Assembly: GCA_000004985.1 (NCBI GenBank)
Contig: GG739462.1
Origin: Naegleria gruberi
Lineage: Eukaryota
Strand: one strand, 5' to 3'
Length of the DNA stretch: 1,271 nucleotides
The number at the start of each line of letters is the position of its first letter. Position 1 is the first letter of the stretch. This document shows positions 1 through 1,271 of the stretch, in pieces. Below the pieces are notes generated by a model that saw nothing but the letters and a program-made list of their open reading frames with translations, made no database searches and had not been told where the DNA came from. Position numbers and translations under genes: made by a program.

Positions 1-194
1 ACTTACATATAATAAAGCATTCTTTTTCAATAGAATAAATATTTGTTTAATTACTTCTAAAAAGTAATTCATTTTTACAATTTACTATATTATACTATCT
101 ACTACTACTGTTATTACTGTGATGATGTGTTGAATATTGATGGATAATGAAAATTAGTGTCAAGACAACTTAGTAGATATTATTAGATAATGTC

Positions 195-204
195 TTTTTT
201 TTTT
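195..204. repeat. T10 homopolymer (A10 on the minus strand) at the left boundary of the GC-enriched island.
   Basis: Seen directly (tgtc TTTTTTTTTT aattga). It could act as a Pol III-type terminator for a + strand transcript ending here, as a nucleosome-excluding poly(dA:dT) promoter element, or it may have no function. Confidence 0.9.
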
Positions 205-206
205 AA

Positions 207-540
207 TTGAACTGTGCAAAACTCCATATGTCAGCACAACACAGCAAGACAGCAAATTTCAACTGCTTATGCAGACGGCTTCAAGTCGCAACTTCGACAA
301 TTCAATTTGTGCGTCATTGTGCGTTTACAATTCACCATTAGCTCGACGTTTAATAACGCTCTTAACAAGGTAAACATTCCTTTCTTCAAGTTGAATTAGA
401 ATGTGTTTCCTTTCTATCACACTGAGAGAATCTCTTGTGAAAATTTCAACTGTAGAATTTGAGTTGTTGGAATTAACTTGAATGAAATTTGTTTGTAATA
501 GGATGCTTGTAAAACACAATGCTTGCTCATGCCTCTACAA
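207..540. other. GC-enriched non-coding island; candidate ncRNA gene or regulatory module. Strand undetermined.
   Basis: GC by 60-nt bins: 17%, 20%, 28%, 28%, then 45% (241-300), 38% (301-360), 32%, 32%, 33%, then 28% and 23%. The only ORFs are 61 aa (+) and 64 aa (-), and they overlap each other. The island is bounded by T10 (195-204) and by TTATTTTTAT (551-560). It contains internal short repeats and potential stems (e.g. 442-450/466-474, 9 bp with one G-U; 300-310/388-398, 11 bp with one G-U; small GC hairpins at 263-274 and 285-298). Confidence 0.3.
307..326. repeat. Perfectly abutting 10-bp tandem direct repeat, TTGTGCGTCA | TTGTGCGTTT (8/10 identical), inside the GC-enriched island.
   Basis: Seen directly: 307-316 and 317-326. 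The reverse complement of the first unit contains TGACGCA, a half-CRE-like TGACG core. Function unknown. Confidence 0.5.
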
Positions 541-665
541 TTACTAAGTATTATTTTTATAAGAAACCTTGTTCTTGGTTTGTGAGCTCAACATCTCTTT
601 CAATATTAATATCCTGAACACCAATAATTTAAAAATTTTCTTCTTATTCAGTGCCAATATTATGT
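541..665 (-). terminator. Probable 3' UTR / polyadenylation region of the minus-strand gene.
   Basis: This is the region immediately downstream (on the minus strand) of stop 666-668. It is very AT-rich. On the mRNA strand it carries UA-rich, efficiency-element-like motifs (AUAAUAUU, AUAUUAAUAUU) and an A-rich AUAAAAAUAAUA about 110 nt after the stop (plus 549-560). This matches the usual arrangement of yeast 3' end signals, but it is not proven here. Confidence 0.35.
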
Positions 666-1271
666 TTAATCATAGTAGGATGAATTATCATCATTCTGAC
701 TCTCACCTCCATGACTACTCAAACTTCTTCTTCTTCTACCTCTTCTACCAAATTGTTCTTCTTCTTGTTGCATCTGTTCATTCATGTCACCACTATATTG
801 TTCATCTTGTTCTCCATATTGTTCGAATTGTTCTTGCTGTTCTTGTTGATGATCATATCTCAATGAATCATTTGAATCGGCGCTATTAGAATCTAAACTA
901 TTTGAATCCATACTATTTGAATTATCATTAAAATCAATTGAATTTTCTCTAAGAATTGAATTGACAACGTCATCTGCTCTTTGAGGTGATTTCTCTTCAG
1001 ACCAAGGACTTATTTCTTTAACTTCACCTTGTTCAACTAATTTAGCAATGATACGTTGTTTAACATTTGGTACAGATAAAAAACCATCAATAACTCTTTC
1101 TAAAGATTCATCTGATTGATTATTTTGTTCTTGTCTATTTTTTGCCTTATTAAACATTATATTTTGTTTTGCAATTTCCATTTGTAAATGTCTAATAACA
1201 TTACCAAATTTATCAATTAATTCACGTTCTCTATCTTCCCAAATTCCTCTTTCAATGAATTTTCTTGATGA
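666..1271 (-). CDS. Partial CDS (N-terminus lies beyond the right window edge; stop TAA at 666-668). Hypothetical protein of unknown family. The C-terminal region reads ...SIKKFIERGIWEDRERELIDKFGNVIRHLQMEIAKQN..., then KQRIIAKLVEQGEVKEISPWSEEKSP, then a DSNSx pentapeptide repeat, a Q/E-rich stretch, RRGRRRRS and an acidic S/N/D tail.
   Basis: The supplied minus-strand ORF is 666..1181 (171 aa). I translated upstream of the Met at 1179-1181 by hand in the same frame. It stays open to base 1271 (..S I K K F I E R G I W E D R E R E L I D K F G N V I R H L Q M E I A K..). That gives at least 201 sense codons with no stop in about 30% GC DNA, which is very unlikely by chance. Coding GC (about 35%) is above the flanks. 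No protein-family signature that I can name with confidence. Confidence 0.8.
   Translation of the reverse strand, partial: SSRKFIERGIWEDRERELIDKFGNVIRHLQMEIAKQNIMFNKAKNRQEQNNQSDESLERVIDGFLSVPNVKQRIIAKLVEQGEVKEISPWSEEKSPQRADDVVNSILRENSIDFNDNSNSMDSNSLDSNSADSNDSLRYDHQQEQQEQFEQYGEQDEQYSGDMNEQMQQEEEQFGRRGRRRRSLSSHGGESQNDDNSSYYD
868..927 (-). repeat. Coding minisatellite: four tandem copies of a degenerate 15-bp unit (TCATTTGAATCGGCG / CTATTAGAATCTAAA / CTATTTGAATCCATA / CTATTTGAATTATCA on the + strand). On the minus strand it encodes a repeated pentapeptide, D-S-N-S-[M/L/A].
   Basis: Direct reading of the sequence. The units are in phase with the CDS frame (checked by hand: 897-914 translates to S-M-D-S-N-S). 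This corresponds to NSNSMDSNSLDSNSADSNDS in the protein. Confidence 0.6.

Noticed and set aside
119-125. GUGAUGA, a perfect C-box (RUGAUGA) for a box C/D snoRNA on the + strand.
   Set aside because: There is no CUGA D-box anywhere between it and the T10 tract, and no terminal stem. On its own, UGAUGA in AT-rich DNA is not diagnostic.
195-204. A10 on the minus strand as the poly(A) tail of a SINE/LINE-type retroposon occupying the GC island.
   Set aside because: There is no flanking target-site duplication (ATAATGTC-type flank not repeated downstream) and no tRNA-like A/B boxes in the minus-strand island sequence.
465-474. TGTTGGAATT, resembling the 5' terminus of Ty1/copia-type LTRs (TGTTGGAATA...). 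A similar TGTTGAATATTGA occurs at 127-139.
   Set aside because: I found no matching inverted terminus (..CCAACA), no target-site duplication and no LTR-length similar copy. A 9-nt match is likely chance.
214-519. The 61-aa + ORF (214-399) and the 64-aa - ORF (325-519) as protein-coding genes.
   Set aside because: They are short and overlap each other on opposite strands. They lie in the GC-richer patch where stop codons are rarer by chance. Neither has a recognisable domain or compositional signature. They are kept only as an alternative explanation under the GC-island finding.
541-547. TTACTAA (a Yap1-type response element, and near-match to the UACUAAC intron branch point).
   Set aside because: It is a single 7-mer in AT-rich DNA. 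No 5' splice site (GUAUGU) is suitably placed on either strand, so an intron is not supported. It cannot be evaluated as a TF site without promoter context.
631-639. AAAAATTTT (an RRPE-like motif of ribosome-biogenesis gene promoters) 30 bp beyond the stop codon.
   Set aside because: It lies in a 3' flank, not a promoter context. It is a low-complexity A/T palindrome expected by chance in about 20% GC DNA, and there is no companion PAC motif (GCGATGAG).
820-830. TGTTCGAATTG, resembling a tRNA B-box (GGTTCGAATCC).
   Set aside because: It lies inside the well-supported CDS. There is no A-box or cloverleaf context, and it differs from the consensus at key positions.

Overview
AT-rich (about 30% GC), eukaryote-like sequence. 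Composition and the N/S/D/Q/E-rich low-complexity protein suggest a budding-yeast-type genome; this is inference only. One clear gene is present. A minus-strand CDS runs into the window from the right edge (1271) and stops at TAA (666-668). Its C-terminal half is a low-complexity tail: a Q/E-rich block, an Arg cluster (RRGRRRRS), an acidic/Ser/Asn-rich end, and a 15-bp coding tandem repeat. I could not confidently assign it to a named family. The remaining 665 bp (1-665) has no convincing long ORF. It holds the gene's 3' flank, a T10 homopolymer (195-204) and a GC-enriched island (about 207-540, peaking near 45% GC at 241-300 against 17-28% in the flanks). The island contains short tandem and inverted repeats. 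It is the best candidate here for an unannotated ncRNA or a compact regulatory module. Nothing in the window gives sequence-level support for a multi-gene novel system, and I do not claim one.
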